64,000 nt of DNA from Candidatus Multivorans sp. (GCA_965224025.1 OZ245033.1:928001-992000), one strand, 5' to 3'. Shown: positions 43,081-53,640, counted from the stretch's first letter. Notes: generated from the sequence alone by a model not told the origin. Program-made: numbers and translations.

Positions 43081-44236
43081 ATCCTGAACCCCGCTGTGTC
43101 AATGTCGTTGACAGGTTCCGCACCGCCTTCAGTCGTCCAAGTTCGCGGAGTTCCTCAGCGCGTCCTTCGACGCTTCAGGTCTTCACGCTCCTGCGACGTC
43201 TCGGTTGCTCCGTCGACGTCGAGCCGACCTTCCCCGGTACTCGTGGCGCGACAGTCGACTTCCTGGCACGCCACGGCCAAGACGAGTTCTACGTCGAGGC
43301 CACTGTCTGTGGGCTTGGCCAAGGCGTTCTCAGCTCCAACGAAAACGAAGAGGACGCAGTACGCAAGCTCAGGGAGGGTCTCACGGACCTGCACTCTGAC
43401 GTCTGGCTACAGGCAGAAGGAGTTCTTCGGAGGACACTCGGAAAGAAGCGTCTCGTCCAGCCGTTCCAGAACCTCCTGAGGGCGCACAGGCCAGACGAAG
43501 TGCGGGATCTGCACTCACGATTGGGCCGCTTCGAAGCAGAGCCCTACCTATCCGAGACCATCAGAGAAGGGCAGTGGGAGCTGACTGGGCGTCTCGACCC
43601 TCCCCGCGCGACGAGCGGCCAAGGCCAAGTCTGGAGCCCGGTACGGAGCGGTACCGTGAGCGCCGAGGCACCGCTCAAACGAGCACTGGCCAAGAAAGCC
43701 CAAGACTGGCGCAGAACCCACCTCAAGGAGCCGTGCTTCCTGGTCGCCGTCAACATCTGCAACCCCGACTTTGGCTGGAACCTGGACGAGATCCGGGCGA
43801 TCTATACGCCCGATGCGCCAATCCACGGAGGAACCGGCGCTCGGAAGAGTCTCTTCGCGCCGTATCTCTCACGCGTGGCCGGCGTCCTGATCGTCGACAA
43901 TGCCACGCTAGGCAGCGAGCGAACCGCCCGCGTTCGCCACCACCAGAATCCACAGACGCGGCTACCCGACTGTCTTCGGTTCCTGCTGGTGGAACAGCCA
44001 CTGGGGGACCTGATCGGTTCTACTGCCGAAGGCGTGTCTTCGCCCGCCGAGTCCTACGAACGATGAATCCCATACCGCCAAGCATTTCCGCCTCGATGGA
44101 AGTCTCTGTTCGACACTAGTCTTCAACCCGGAGCAAGTGACCCGCCCTCACGTGACGGCCACCAAGAACGACCTGTGGACGATCCCCCTTCGGGAGCTAA
44201 CCGTACAGGAGCACAGCGCTACTCTGCCAGCAGACC

Positions 44237-46732
44237 ATGCCACCAACAGACATCGACTTCCTTGGCACTACAGCCGTTCCTCACCTGCGTGCACAATTCG
44301 AGCGCGCCCGCGTCGTGCTCTTCACGGGTGCGGGCTTCTCGCTTCCCGCGAAGAACCTCGCAGGCACAACAATCCCGAGCCCCAGCCAGCTCTCTCGCCT
44401 CCTTTGGCAAGTAGCCTTTCCCTCAGAGAGGTTCGATCCGAACTCTTCTCTTCGCGACATCTTCGACACGGCTCTGGCGCGCAGCCCGAAGCAACTGAAG
44501 GAATACCTAGTACGACACCTCACCGTTGCACCAAGTTCTCTGCAGGAGTGGATACCTGACTACTTCCGTCTACCTTGGTATCGCATCTACACTCTCAACG
44601 TAGACTCTCTTGCAACTGCCGTGCAACAACAATACGACCTGCCGAGACGGCTCATCAGCATTTCGGGAACTAGACCTGAAGCAGGGCAGAGTTCCGCTCC
44701 ACAGCGCGACTTGGAGGTCGTACATCTCAACGGCACGCTGCACGACGCGCCAGAGAACGTCACTTTCTCTGAGTCCCAGTACGCCCAAATGCTAGCGTCG
44801 CCGAACAGGGCCTTCCAGGAGCTTACTGCGGACCTTCTCGTCAGGCCCGTCGTGTTTGTTGGAACCCGGCTCGACGAGTCGCCTCTCTGGCAGAGCATCA
44901 AAAGGCGGCGTTTGAAGGGGCAGCGCGGCGCACGTGAACTGAGACCACGCTCCTACCTCGTCACCCCCTCCCTGGATCGGGCACGCCAGGCGCGTCTCGG
45001 CCGGTTCAACATCGCCTGGATCCAGATGGCCGCGCAGGAATTCGCACACGAGGTACTGACCGACTTCAAGGACGCCGGCGCACGCGGCTTCTCCTTCCTT
45101 GGGCACACCGCGAAGATCGGCCACCCAAAGCCTCGGCTCCCCGATGTCGCCGAGCTCGCTGTAAGTCCCGGCATGCCGTCGGAGTTTCTCTTTGGAGCGC
45201 AGCCAATCTGGGCCGACGTTCAGGCTGGCCGCGCTATCCGCCGAGAGTGTGATGAAACGTTCCTCGCGCGTGTCAAGGACCAGCTGTCCCGCAAGGGCGT
45301 TCCCGGCGTCGTAGCACTTACCGGCACCGCGGGCTCCGGCAAGACGACCTCCCTTATGAGGCTCGCGCTACGCCTTTCGGCGGACGGCGTACGAGTCGGA
45401 TGGGTTGACGCGAACACCGATCTCTCGGAACGAGCGATAGTGGCGGCCATGCACCACCAGAACGCGCCCCCTGTCCTCGCAATCGACAGCGCCGAGAACT
45501 ACGGCCGCAACTTGGCTACCATGCTCCGCGAGGTGGCCTTGCTCGGCAGCTCACCCTTAGTCGTCGTGTCAGTGCGTGCCGGACGCATCGACACGGTACT
45601 TAACCCGGTCGTACTCTCGGACGTCCCGCTTAGAGAAGTCACCGTCCCGCATCTCGCCGACTCCGACATCGACGCACTGATAGGGGCTCTCGATCGCGCC
45701 AAACGATTGGGCGCTCTTCGAGGAAAGACCCTCGATCAGCAGCGCACGACCTTTCGCGACTACGCCGGCCGACAACTGTTGGTAGCCATGATCAGCGCCA
45801 CTTCGGGCAAACGCTTCGAAGAAAAGGTTGATGAAGAATACGACGACCTACAGCCTAACGCTCGATTGATCTACGCGACCGTGAGCCTAGCCACCTACTT
45901 CAGTTATTCACTCCAACGCCAAGAAATCCTCATGGCGGTCAATGACTTCAGTAACGATAAACTCAATGCCATCGAACGACTTTTAAACCGACACATTCTG
46001 TCCGAATCACCACCCGGTTCCGGTAGAATCCAGACGCGGCACCGCCTGATTGCTGAGCGGTTGTGGCGCACTCTACAGCAGCGCGGAGTGCTAGCCGACG
46101 TGGTGGATGGACTCGGCCTCTTCGCTGCCACGCTCCCGATCCAATCGCCACATCAGCGCCGTGCACGTCGCCTACTTGTCGGCCTTACCAATCATGATTT
46201 CCTGCATCGAGCCATTGGCTTGGAACGAAGCAAGTCTTTCTACGAGAAACTAGAGGACATCTTGTTCCGAGACTTCCACTACTGGCTCCAGAGAGGGAGT
46301 CTGGAGGCCGAGTTCGGCGACCTCGCGTTGGCGGAGAACTTCCTGAATCAAGCCCGCGGACTCGAACCCAACGACACACGGGTCGAGAACGAGTGGGCCT
46401 ATCTCCTGTCACGTCAAGCCATCGAAGCTCCTCTTGCTGAACGCTCCAAACTACTCATGGACACCGCGATGGAAACCCTCAAGGGGCTGATCGCCCATCC
46501 CCGGCGGTCGCCGTACCCCTATCATGTGCTCGGCAGCCAAGGACTCGCATGGTCCAGATGCGCTCCCCTCAGCTGGAGGCAGCGCGAGGAACTTCTGAGC
46601 GACCTCCGTGACAGCGTCAAGGAAGGCCTCCGCTTCTTTCCGGGCGAGAGGAAGCTAAGGAAGCTAGCGAAGGACTTAGAGAGGGAGTATCTGACTCTCG
46701 CCGTAGCGAAGGGTCCTGACGGCCGCCGCTGA
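44237..46732 (+). CDS. SIR2-like domain + P-loop NTPase + TPR-like protein (putative antiphage)
   Basis: 'VVLFTGAGFS', 'IYTLNVD', 'VHLNG', 'VFVG'; 'GTAGSGKTT', 'LAIDSAE'; helical C-terminus 'HYWLQRGSLE...AENFLNQA'; visibly lower GC than flanks. Confidence 0.75.
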   Translation: MPPTDIDFLGTTAVPHLRAQFERARVVLFTGAGFSLPAKNLAGTTIPSPSQLSRLLWQVAFPSERFDPNSSLRDIFDTALARSPKQLKEYLVRHLTVAPSSLQEWIPDYFRLPWYRIYTLNVDSLATAVQQQYDLPRRLISISGTRPEAGQSSAPQRDLEVVHLNGTLHDAPENVTFSESQYAQMLASPNRAFQELTADLLVRPVVFVGTRLDESPLWQSIKRRRLKGQRGARELRPRSYLVTPSLDRARQARLGRFNIAWIQMAAQEFAHEVLTDFKDAGARGFSFLGHTAKIGHPKPRLPDVAELAVSPGMPSEFLFGAQPIWADVQAGRAIRRECDETFLARVKDQLSRKGVPGVVALTGTAGSGKTTSLMRLALRLSADGVRVGWVDANTDLSERAIVAAMHHQNAPPVLAIDSAENYGRNLATMLREVALLGSSPLVVVSVRAGRIDTVLNPVVLSDVPLREVTVPHLADSDIDALIGALDRAKRLGALRGKTLDQQRTTFRDYAGRQLLVAMISATSGKRFEEKVDEEYDDLQPNARLIYATVSLATYFSYSLQRQEILMAVNDFSNDKLNAIERLLNRHILSESPPGSGRIQTRHRLIAERLWRTLQQRGVLADVVDGLGLFAATLPIQSPHQRRARRLLVGLTNHDFLHRAIGLERSKSFYEKLEDILFRDFHYWLQRGSLEAEFGDLALAENFLNQARGLEPNDTRVENEWAYLLSRQAIEAPLAERSKLLMDTAMETLKGLIAHPRRSPYPYHVLGSQGLAWSRCAPLSWRQREELLSDLRDSVKEGLRFFPGERKLRKLAKDLEREYLTLAVAKGPDGRR

Positions 46733-47001
46733 GAGCCACACGGGCAGAGTCGGAGTTGGCCTGCCCCGACGCACGAGACACGCGAGCGCCGTCCCGACTG
46801 CCCGCGTTCCGCAAGATGAAGACCACGGTGCCCGGCGGAGCACCTCAAGAACATGGTGGACCTGGGCCGGTCCGGGCACGTGTAGGGAGATGGATCAGGC
46901 GCGAAGATCCGGGCTGATATCTGAGCCCCCACAGCGCCACCGGCTCGCAGGTCCGGGCAGCCTGCTCGCCACACGAAATCCGGGACCTTGAGGCCCTCGT
47001 A

Positions 47002-47198
47002 AGCCGGCCCGGACATCAAGGCCGCCGCCTCGGCCGAGTTGCTTGACGCCCACGCGCTCGGTCTGCGTCAACAGTACGACAACCTCCTCCCCGTGATCGA
47101 CCGGGCGGGCAACACGTTGACGGAGGCGATGAAGAAGCTCGACCCCGAGCGGAGTGCCGATCCCAGGGGAGAAGGCGCTGCTGCTCTTGAACAGGCCG
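47002..47198 (+). repeat. ~195-bp duplicated gene-end segment, copy 1
   Basis: Near-identical to 53161-53356; encodes AGPDIKAAASAELLDAHALGLRQQYDNLLPVIDRAGNTL. Confidence 0.85.
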
Positions 47199-47201
47199 AG
47201 G

Positions 47202-49305
47202 CAGGGCTGTTCCAAAGTCGTTCACAAAGCGTTGACCTGACAGGCGACTTGTCCGTTACTGGACATTCAGCCTCGATTCCGGCATCATCGGCCGTGATGG
47301 GGGTGGCGATGTCGGGGGTTTCAGGAGCGGTCGATCTGGGCGGGATCTCCGTGCGGCGGGTGACGGACCGCGCCGAGTCGGCGCGTTGGGACATGTTGAT
47401 GTCGCGTCACCACTATCTGGGGTTCCGCGGCCTGGTCGGAGGCGGCGTGCGTCAGGTGGCGGAGTTGCCGGACGGGAGGTGGGTGGCTCTTCTCGGTTGG
47501 CACGCGGGTTCGTTCAAGGTCGGCGCCCGTGATCGCTGGATCGGCTGGACGCGCGAGCAGCAGTTCCGTCGTCTTCGGTTGGTGGCCAACAACACGCGTT
47601 TTCTGGTGTTGCCGGGCTGCCGGACGCCGAATCTCGCATCGCGGGTACTGGGTTTGTCGCTGCGTCGGCTGTCGCGCGACATGGAGGACCAGACCGGCCA
47701 CCCGGTGTTGCTGGCGGAGACGTTCGTGGATCCGGGCCGGTTCAGAGGGACGTGTTACCGGGCCGCCAATTGGCGGGAGATCGGCAAGACGCGCGGCTAC
47801 GCGCGGGTTCCGGGCGGCGGTTGGAGGAAGCACGGCGAGCCGAAGACGGTGCTGGTGCGGGAGTTGTGCGCCTCGGCGCGGGAGGCCTTGCGTCAGCCTG
47901 AGGACGAGGAGGAGTGGGGACTCGCGGTCAAGCGGCCTCGGCCGCCGAAGGTGGATCGCCTCGAGAGCTTGTACGAGTTTCTGCGGCGGGTGCCGGAGTA
48001 CCGCAAGGCGCGGGGCATCCGCCACCAGTTGGCGACCATCTTCGCGATCGCTCTGGCGGCGAAGCTGGCGGGAGTCCGCGGCGTGGTGGCGATCGGGGAG
48101 TTCGCTTCTCGTCTGACCCAGGCGCAGTTGGCGGCGGTGCGGGCGTTCTGGAGTCCGAGCAGGGAGCGCTACGTGGCGCCTTCGACCGCGTCGTTCCACC
48201 GGGTGCTGTCGGCCATCGCCCCGGAGATGCTCGACGAAGCGCTGCGCCGCTTCATCGACCAGAGCCGGTCGCCGCGGGGCGCGGTCGCGCTCGACGGCAA
48301 GGCGACCGCGGCGGAGTGGATGCGGGGCAAGGACAGCGAGCGGATGCTGGTGGCGGCGGTCGAGCACGCCAGCGGTCTGGTCCGCGGTCAGGAGGCCCGC
48401 GACGGCGCCGGGGGCGAGATTGTGGGTGTGCGCAAGTTGCTGCGCCGCGTCGACATCGAGGATCGTGTGGTGACCCTCGACGCCTTGCATACGCAGCGCA
48501 AGACGGCGCGGTTGATCGTCGAGCGCGGCGGCTTCTACCTGATGACGGTCAAGGGCAACCGGCAGGAGGTGCTCGACGATCTTGCCGCTTTCGACTGGGA
48601 TGTCGGGCAGGTCGCGGCAACCGAGCACGAAACCACCGAAAAGGGGCATGGACGTATCGAGACGCGCCGCTGCCGGACCATCGACCTCGGTCTCGTCCCG
48701 CCCGAGTACGTCTCGATGCCGCATCGCCGGCAGGCCTTCCGCATCGAGCGCGAACGCCACGTGCTCCGCTCGGGCAAGACCTCCGCCGAAACCGCGTACG
48801 GCGTCACCTCGCTGGGGCCGGAACGGGCGTCGGCGAGCGAACTGCTGAACCTCAACCGGGGCCACTGGGAGATCGAGAACCGGCTTCACTACGTCCGTGA
48901 CTTCACCTATGACGAGGACCGCAACCGCGTGCGGGAGAAACGCCTCCGCCGCAATCTCGCCTGCCTCGCGAACGCCGCCATCTCGATCGTACGCCTCGAC
49001 GGCCGTTTCGAGTACATGCCCCAGGCCCACCGCCACTTCGCCGCCCGACAGGGCGACGCCATGCGACAGGTGATGAGGCGTCGCTTCGCCGGCTGAACCG
49101 CCGGCCGCACACCGCTGACCCACCATTCGAGCCGAACTGCGGCCGTCACCAAGAAGAGCGGCCGAAAACGACCCAAAACGACAGTCCGGGACCGACGGCC
49201 TCCCGCAAACCCCGCACAACTCGACTCGCCAAAGCTCAACTACCGCCGACCTGGCCATACCTCACACTCCAGCCCTGCCTTCACGCCGACTTTGGAATGG
49301 TCCTG
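47202..49305 (+). mobile_element. ISAs1-family insertion sequence
   Basis: IRs CAGGGCTGTTCCAAAGTC / GACTTTGGAATGGTCCTG; no matching flanking duplication. Confidence 0.85.
47297..49096 (+). CDS. ISAs1 transposase with N-terminal DUF4338-like domain
   Basis: 'HHYLG', 'RDRWIGW', 'NNTRFLVLP', 'GTCYRAANW'; then 'ALDGK', 'TLDALHTQ', 'VKGN', 'RGHWEIENRLHYVRD'. Confidence 0.85.
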   Translation: MGVAMSGVSGAVDLGGISVRRVTDRAESARWDMLMSRHHYLGFRGLVGGGVRQVAELPDGRWVALLGWHAGSFKVGARDRWIGWTREQQFRRLRLVANNTRFLVLPGCRTPNLASRVLGLSLRRLSRDMEDQTGHPVLLAETFVDPGRFRGTCYRAANWREIGKTRGYARVPGGGWRKHGEPKTVLVRELCASAREALRQPEDEEEWGLAVKRPRPPKVDRLESLYEFLRRVPEYRKARGIRHQLATIFAIALAAKLAGVRGVVAIGEFASRLTQAQLAAVRAFWSPSRERYVAPSTASFHRVLSAIAPEMLDEALRRFIDQSRSPRGAVALDGKATAAEWMRGKDSERMLVAAVEHASGLVRGQEARDGAGGEIVGVRKLLRRVDIEDRVVTLDALHTQRKTARLIVERGGFYLMTVKGNRQEVLDDLAAFDWDVGQVAATEHETTEKGHGRIETRRCRTIDLGLVPPEYVSMPHRRQAFRIERERHVLRSGKTSAETAYGVTSLGPERASASELLNLNRGHWEIENRLHYVRDFTYDEDRNRVREKRLRRNLACLANAAISIVRLDGRFEYMPQAHRHFAARQGDAMRQVMRRRFAG

Positions 49306-49804
49306 TCAGGCGCCGGAGTGTCTGTGGACAACCACCGATCCGGCGACGTAGAATCTGCCTTGACGAAATCAGTTCGCGCGCGGCAGCCGCGAGAATCGAG
49401 GTGCGCGCTCAGCTACGTGCCGTCCAAGGAGCGCGTGCTGTCTGGCGATCCGATTGTCAGAGATAGCGGTCGTCCTTTCCGAGTCGGCTGGTCTCAGCCC
49501 TCTCGGTCTGTAGCTCTTGGTTCGATGACAGTTCTTCCGGTTGTCTCTAGCGCCCGGACGCCACGCTCAATCAATCTGAGCAGACGCAGGGCTAAGAACG
49601 CAAACACGGCCGTCGAACCCGTGGTCGACTTCCGAACGACCTCGAACGCACCCTCGTCTCTCACCAATGCCTTGGCCTTCTCGGCCGGAAGTATCGAAGC
49701 CATCCTCATCTCCAAAATCAATGGTATCCACCCAATGCGGCAAAGCCTAACCAGGTCGCGTCAGCCGGTCAACGTCTCGGGGCCAATCGGCACTCTCCTG
49801 TGTA

Positions 49805-51030
49805 GTGCCGAGTCACTCCCGTCATCAGATCTTCCAGGAGTCCTGTGGCGAGAACCGCATGGGCGAGGAGGTGGCCTCGCTCGCCTCCCGCATCGACGCC
49901 GAGACCTACGAACTGCTCGTCCTGGTCCGCGAGTTCGATGACAAGGAAGGCTGGAGCAACGGCTCCCTGGACTGCGCCCACTGGCTCACCTGGCGCATCC
50001 GTCTCGCTCCCGGGGAGGCCCGGGAGCGGGTGCGCGTCGACGCGCTGCGCAACCTTCCCCTAATCGGCGAGGCGATGAAGCCGGGCGCGCTTTCCTAGTC
50101 GAAGGTGAGAGCGCTGACGCGCATCGCCACGCCGGAGACCGAGGAATCACCTCGACTGCTGCAGCTCGCAGACCCGCATCGAACGGGTGTTCAGGGGTGG
50201 CGGAGAATCGACCGTTCCATCGAGGCGAGCGACGACGGGCTACGCGATGCATCCGAACTGCGTTGCGCCCCAAATCGACGAGAACGTCATGGTCGTGACG
50301 CGGGGGCACCTCGCACCCGAGGCGAGCGAAGTGCTGATGAAGACACTCGACGCCGAGGGAGGGAAGCTCTACGCCGGCAACGGTCAGGACGAGACCAAGG
50401 ACGAGATCGACCGGCCGCCGGCCGGCAAGGTACGGGCGGACGGCCTTGCTCTTGTAGCAGAGAGCGCGCTCAAGGCGAATCTCGGCCCAGGGTCGAGCGG
50501 TGTCCGCTACCAGGTCACGGTCCATGTGACGAGGATGACTGAAGGTCTCGGCAACGAGCGTCGCGTTTCCGCGGAACGCCGGCCCGCCCCGCGCCCAGGG
50601 CCAGGACGACCTGCGCGCACGCAGAAGACCTGGCCGCAGGCACCTGGCTCGGCGCCTCGCATGTCCTGTTTTCGCGGAAACGGCCCGCCGCATCACCTGC
50701 GACACCGGCAAGGTGCCGATAGCCCACAAGAAAGGCCAGATCCTGAGCGTCGGCCGCAAGACGCGCACTATCCCGCCGCCCATTCGGCGCGCCCCGGAGT
50801 TCCGCGACCAGCGTTGCCTCTTCCCGGGCTGTTCCTCCAGGCACTGCGACGCACACCGGGTGGTCCACTGGACCGAGACCGGCGAAACGAAGCTCTCGAA
50901 ATCTCGTCTTCTCTTCCCACAACACCATCGCACGCTCCACGAAGGCAATTTCAGCGCCCAAATGGACGACAAGGCACAGTCCAGTTCCACCATCCTCTCG
51001 ACCGGCCGCTGCACGAGAGCACGGTGCTAG
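49805..51030 (+). pseudogene. DUF222/HNH endonuclease (13E12-repeat-like) pseudogene
   Basis: 'REFD...CAHWLTWR...ARERVRV', stop at 50096, 'SKVRALTRIATPETE', 'VGRKTRTIPPPIRRA..RDQRCLFPGC...DAH...W..GET...HH'. Confidence 0.7.
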
Positions 51031-51065
51031 GACTTGGCAGAGCGCCGACAGCACCAACGGCCCGG

Positions 51066-52220
51066 TCAGCGCGGCAGCGGGAGCCGAATCCAGAGCGGCA
51101 GGTGGTCGCTCACCTTGTGCTCGAACCGCTTCACGAAGACGGCCTTCTCCTGCTTCGACAAGTCCCCGAAGGGCTTGTTCAGCACGGCCTGTGCGAACAG
51201 ATCGACGAAGTCGAAGACGCCGTAGTCCGGCCCTTCTCCGTGCCTTCCCATGTGCTCGTTCACGTCGCACGGAGGAAACCGCTCGTCGCGGAAGAACAGC
51301 CCGATCTGATCGAAGGTCTCGGTCAGGCGGGCGTTTGTGCGGAACACCGTCTCGCTGCCGGGATAGGGGTCGAGGAACGGAAAGTTGACCCGGACTCCCT
51401 CCGCGCTGTCGCCATCGAAGCACTTGAGGTGTTTCGCCACCCGAGTCCAGGTTGAGGTCGCCGAACAGGATGAAGTTCGGGTAGTACGCCGCGTCGTTCT
51501 CGTTGACGCGGCCCACGATCCAGTTCATCAGCGCGTCGAACTCCTGCCGGCGATCGTCGATGAAGTTGCCGAAGTAGAGGTGAGCGTTGACGCCCATGAA
51601 CCGGTACGGATCGATTCCCGGATGCCCCTTGATCTCGAAGCTGACGCAGAACGGCGCGCGGATGAAGGCCAGGAACGTGGGCAGCTTGACCTTGGGCCGT
51701 CGCGGTTTCCTCCCCCGCCGGCTCTGCTGCCACGACGCCAGCTTGTTTCGTAGGCCACCAGGGGGTCGAGGGCGTCATGGACCTTGTCGCGATTCTCGAT
51801 CAGCGTCGAGAGGATCTTCGAGCGGTCGAAGGTGATGTCGGTCGCGACTTCGGTCCGAACCACGACGTCCCGGTTGTAGATGAAGGCCAGCCGCTCGCCG
51901 AGCCCCGGCTCTCCTGGGAAGGCGCCCGTCTTGTCCGAGACGATCATCTCGAACTCCGGATCCAGCAACTCCATCAACAGACGCATGCCGCTCAGGTCGT
52001 CCATGACCTCCTGGATCGCGATGAGGTCGAACTGCTTGCAGATCCGGGCGAGGAACTCCCAGGTCCGCTTGGTGCGGCCGTGCGAAGACCCCAGCTTCCG
52101 GACGTTGAACGACCCAAGAAGCACCGACCCATAGACCCTCTCGGGGAACCCGTACCTCCCCGGGTTCGCCGTCAGCTCTTCGTCGATGCGCTTCCACTCG
52201 GCAACCGTAAACTGCGCCAC
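51066..52220 (-). pseudogene. Endonuclease/exonuclease/phosphatase family pseudogene
   Basis: 'SFNVRKLG', 'IAIQEV', 'NAHLYFG', 'FGDLN', 'TFDQI', 'SDHLP' spread over several frames. Confidence 0.75.
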
Positions 52221-52420
52221 ACGACCCTCCCCAACGTCCACGAGCGGGATGCCGACGCCGAGATCGGCAATGCCCGCGTCCCGGACCAAGCTTAGTGCGG
52301 CGCGCCGCCGACAGGCCCCGCAGGGGGAGTTCGCACACACGCCGACGCTAGACTGCGGTGGTCTTCCCCCAAGCTGGACAATCGTGAGGTCGTCAACGTC
52401 ATAGACGTCGGAGTGCGTTC

Positions 52421-53038
52421 ATGGACCAAAGCCACACGCTCTACTACGCGACCAACCGGCGGCACGTCGGTCGGGATCGGTGGCGACCAAGCCGCTACAG
52501 CGGCGAATCCAGCAAGGACGGCGACGAGAACCTGCGTTTCGGCAAAGTCGTGCTGGAACTCGACGCCGATCGCGTGAATGCACACCTTGAAGAAACGTGC
52601 TCGAGAACGCACTGAAACGGACCCTGGAGTCCGGTCGACCGCCCCGGATCTTCGACCAGATCTTCCTTTGCACCCCTGACGTGGCAGACGACGTCTTCGA
52701 GCCCGGGCGGCCGTTCTGCGAGCTACCCGGCATGGCCGAGAACGTGACCGTGTACCACAACAAGGGCGATCTCGCGATGCCGGTCTCCGACTACACGAAG
52801 GGCAACACGGACCGTCTGGGCTGGCGAGGGGCGAACCGTCCGGCCGACCTCGACGGCCGCGTCCACATCGTCGACTGTGGTGGGATCGTCACCGGCGCGG
52901 TGGAGCACAGCTACTACCAGTGCGGCCCGGGGCAACGACGACATCGCCCAAAGCCTGGACGGCATCAGTGCCGACGACAAGGTGCGGCGCCGCAGCCCCG
53001 TACAGCACGGCTGGCCGAACGTGTGGCGGCTGCGATGA
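52421..53038 (+). pseudogene. Alpha/beta hydrolase (DUF900-like) pseudogene with internal deletion
   Basis: 'YYATNR...LRFG' N-terminus, then 'PDV...VTVYHNKGDLA..VS...RLG...HSYY'; nucleophile region missing. Confidence 0.6.
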
Positions 53039-53160
53039 TCGACGGAACCGGGTTCGAACACACCGTGGCCACGAGCGAGGTTCTCCAGATTGTCAGCCGC
53101 TAACGAAGTGGAACATTCCAAGACCATACGTGACGTCAGCCGTGCACTTCCCGCGCTCGT

Positions 53161-53356
53161 AGCCGGCCCGGACATCAAGGCCGCCGCCTCGGCCGAGTTG
53201 CTCGACGCCCACGCGCTCGGTCTGCGTCAACAGTACGACAACCTCCTCCCCGTAATCGACCGGGCGGGCAACACGCTAGTGAAAGCGGTCGAGAGGCTCG
53301 ACCCCGAGGAGAGCCCCGATCCCGACGGGGAAGGCTCGGCTGCCCTTGAAGAGGCC
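53161..53356 (+). repeat. Duplicated gene-end segment, copy 2
   Basis: Direct repeat of 47002-47198, ending EEA-TAG at the IS1182 target. Confidence 0.85.
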
Positions 53357-53451
53357 TAGGAGTGTCCGCAGCGTTGTCGCTGCGCTGTCGCGCAGGGAAC
53401 AGGCAGCGAGTAGCCAACGTTACAGCGGCGTCGTGGGTTCATAGAGTTGGC

Positions 53452-53607
53452 CGCGCTGGGCAGCGAGGCCGCGCAGGCACTGGTGTGTTGGCGCCCGACT
53501 AGGAGTTTGGCCCGGACCGTGATCGGCGCTCTGACGCTGGCGGCGCGGCTTGTGTCGCGACCCCGTATGCAAGATTGAGCTTTTCGCCGCGGTCTCTGCC
53601 CAGCGCG
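53452..53607 (+). ncRNA. Putative IS110 bridge/seek RNA
   Basis: Closing stem CGCGCTGGGCAG.. / ..CTGCCCAGCGCG; internal CAGGC, CTAGGAG (target halves) and CGGAC, ATGCAAG (donor halves). Confidence 0.7.
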
Positions 53608-53640
53608 ACGATTGGATTCCACATCTACGGGAGGCAGGGG

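Larger units (their letters stand above)
41523..43119 (+). mobile_element. IS3-family insertion sequence
   Basis: GCACC at 41518-22 and 43120-24; imperfect IRs TGCCAACGTACGTGACACAGCGG / CCGCTGTGTCAATGTCGTTGACA. Confidence 0.85.
41348..44066 (+). pseudogene. Hypothetical PD-(D/E)XK-like gene split by IS3
   Basis: Removing the IS restores 'PRLKH|RLQSSKF'; after a further frameshift 'VDFLARHGQDEFYVEATV' runs into ORF 43500..44066; start approximate. Confidence 0.55.

Noticed and set aside
47039-47296. N-terminal extension of the ISAs1 transposase
   Set aside because: Lies outside or across the left IR; chance in-frame fusion with the disrupted gene
47297-47900. Druantia defence system
   Set aside because: The DUF4338-like domain is part of the transposase; no DruE-like helicase nearby
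49494-49721. Small minus-strand ORF
   Set aside because: No motif or RBS support; could be a fragment
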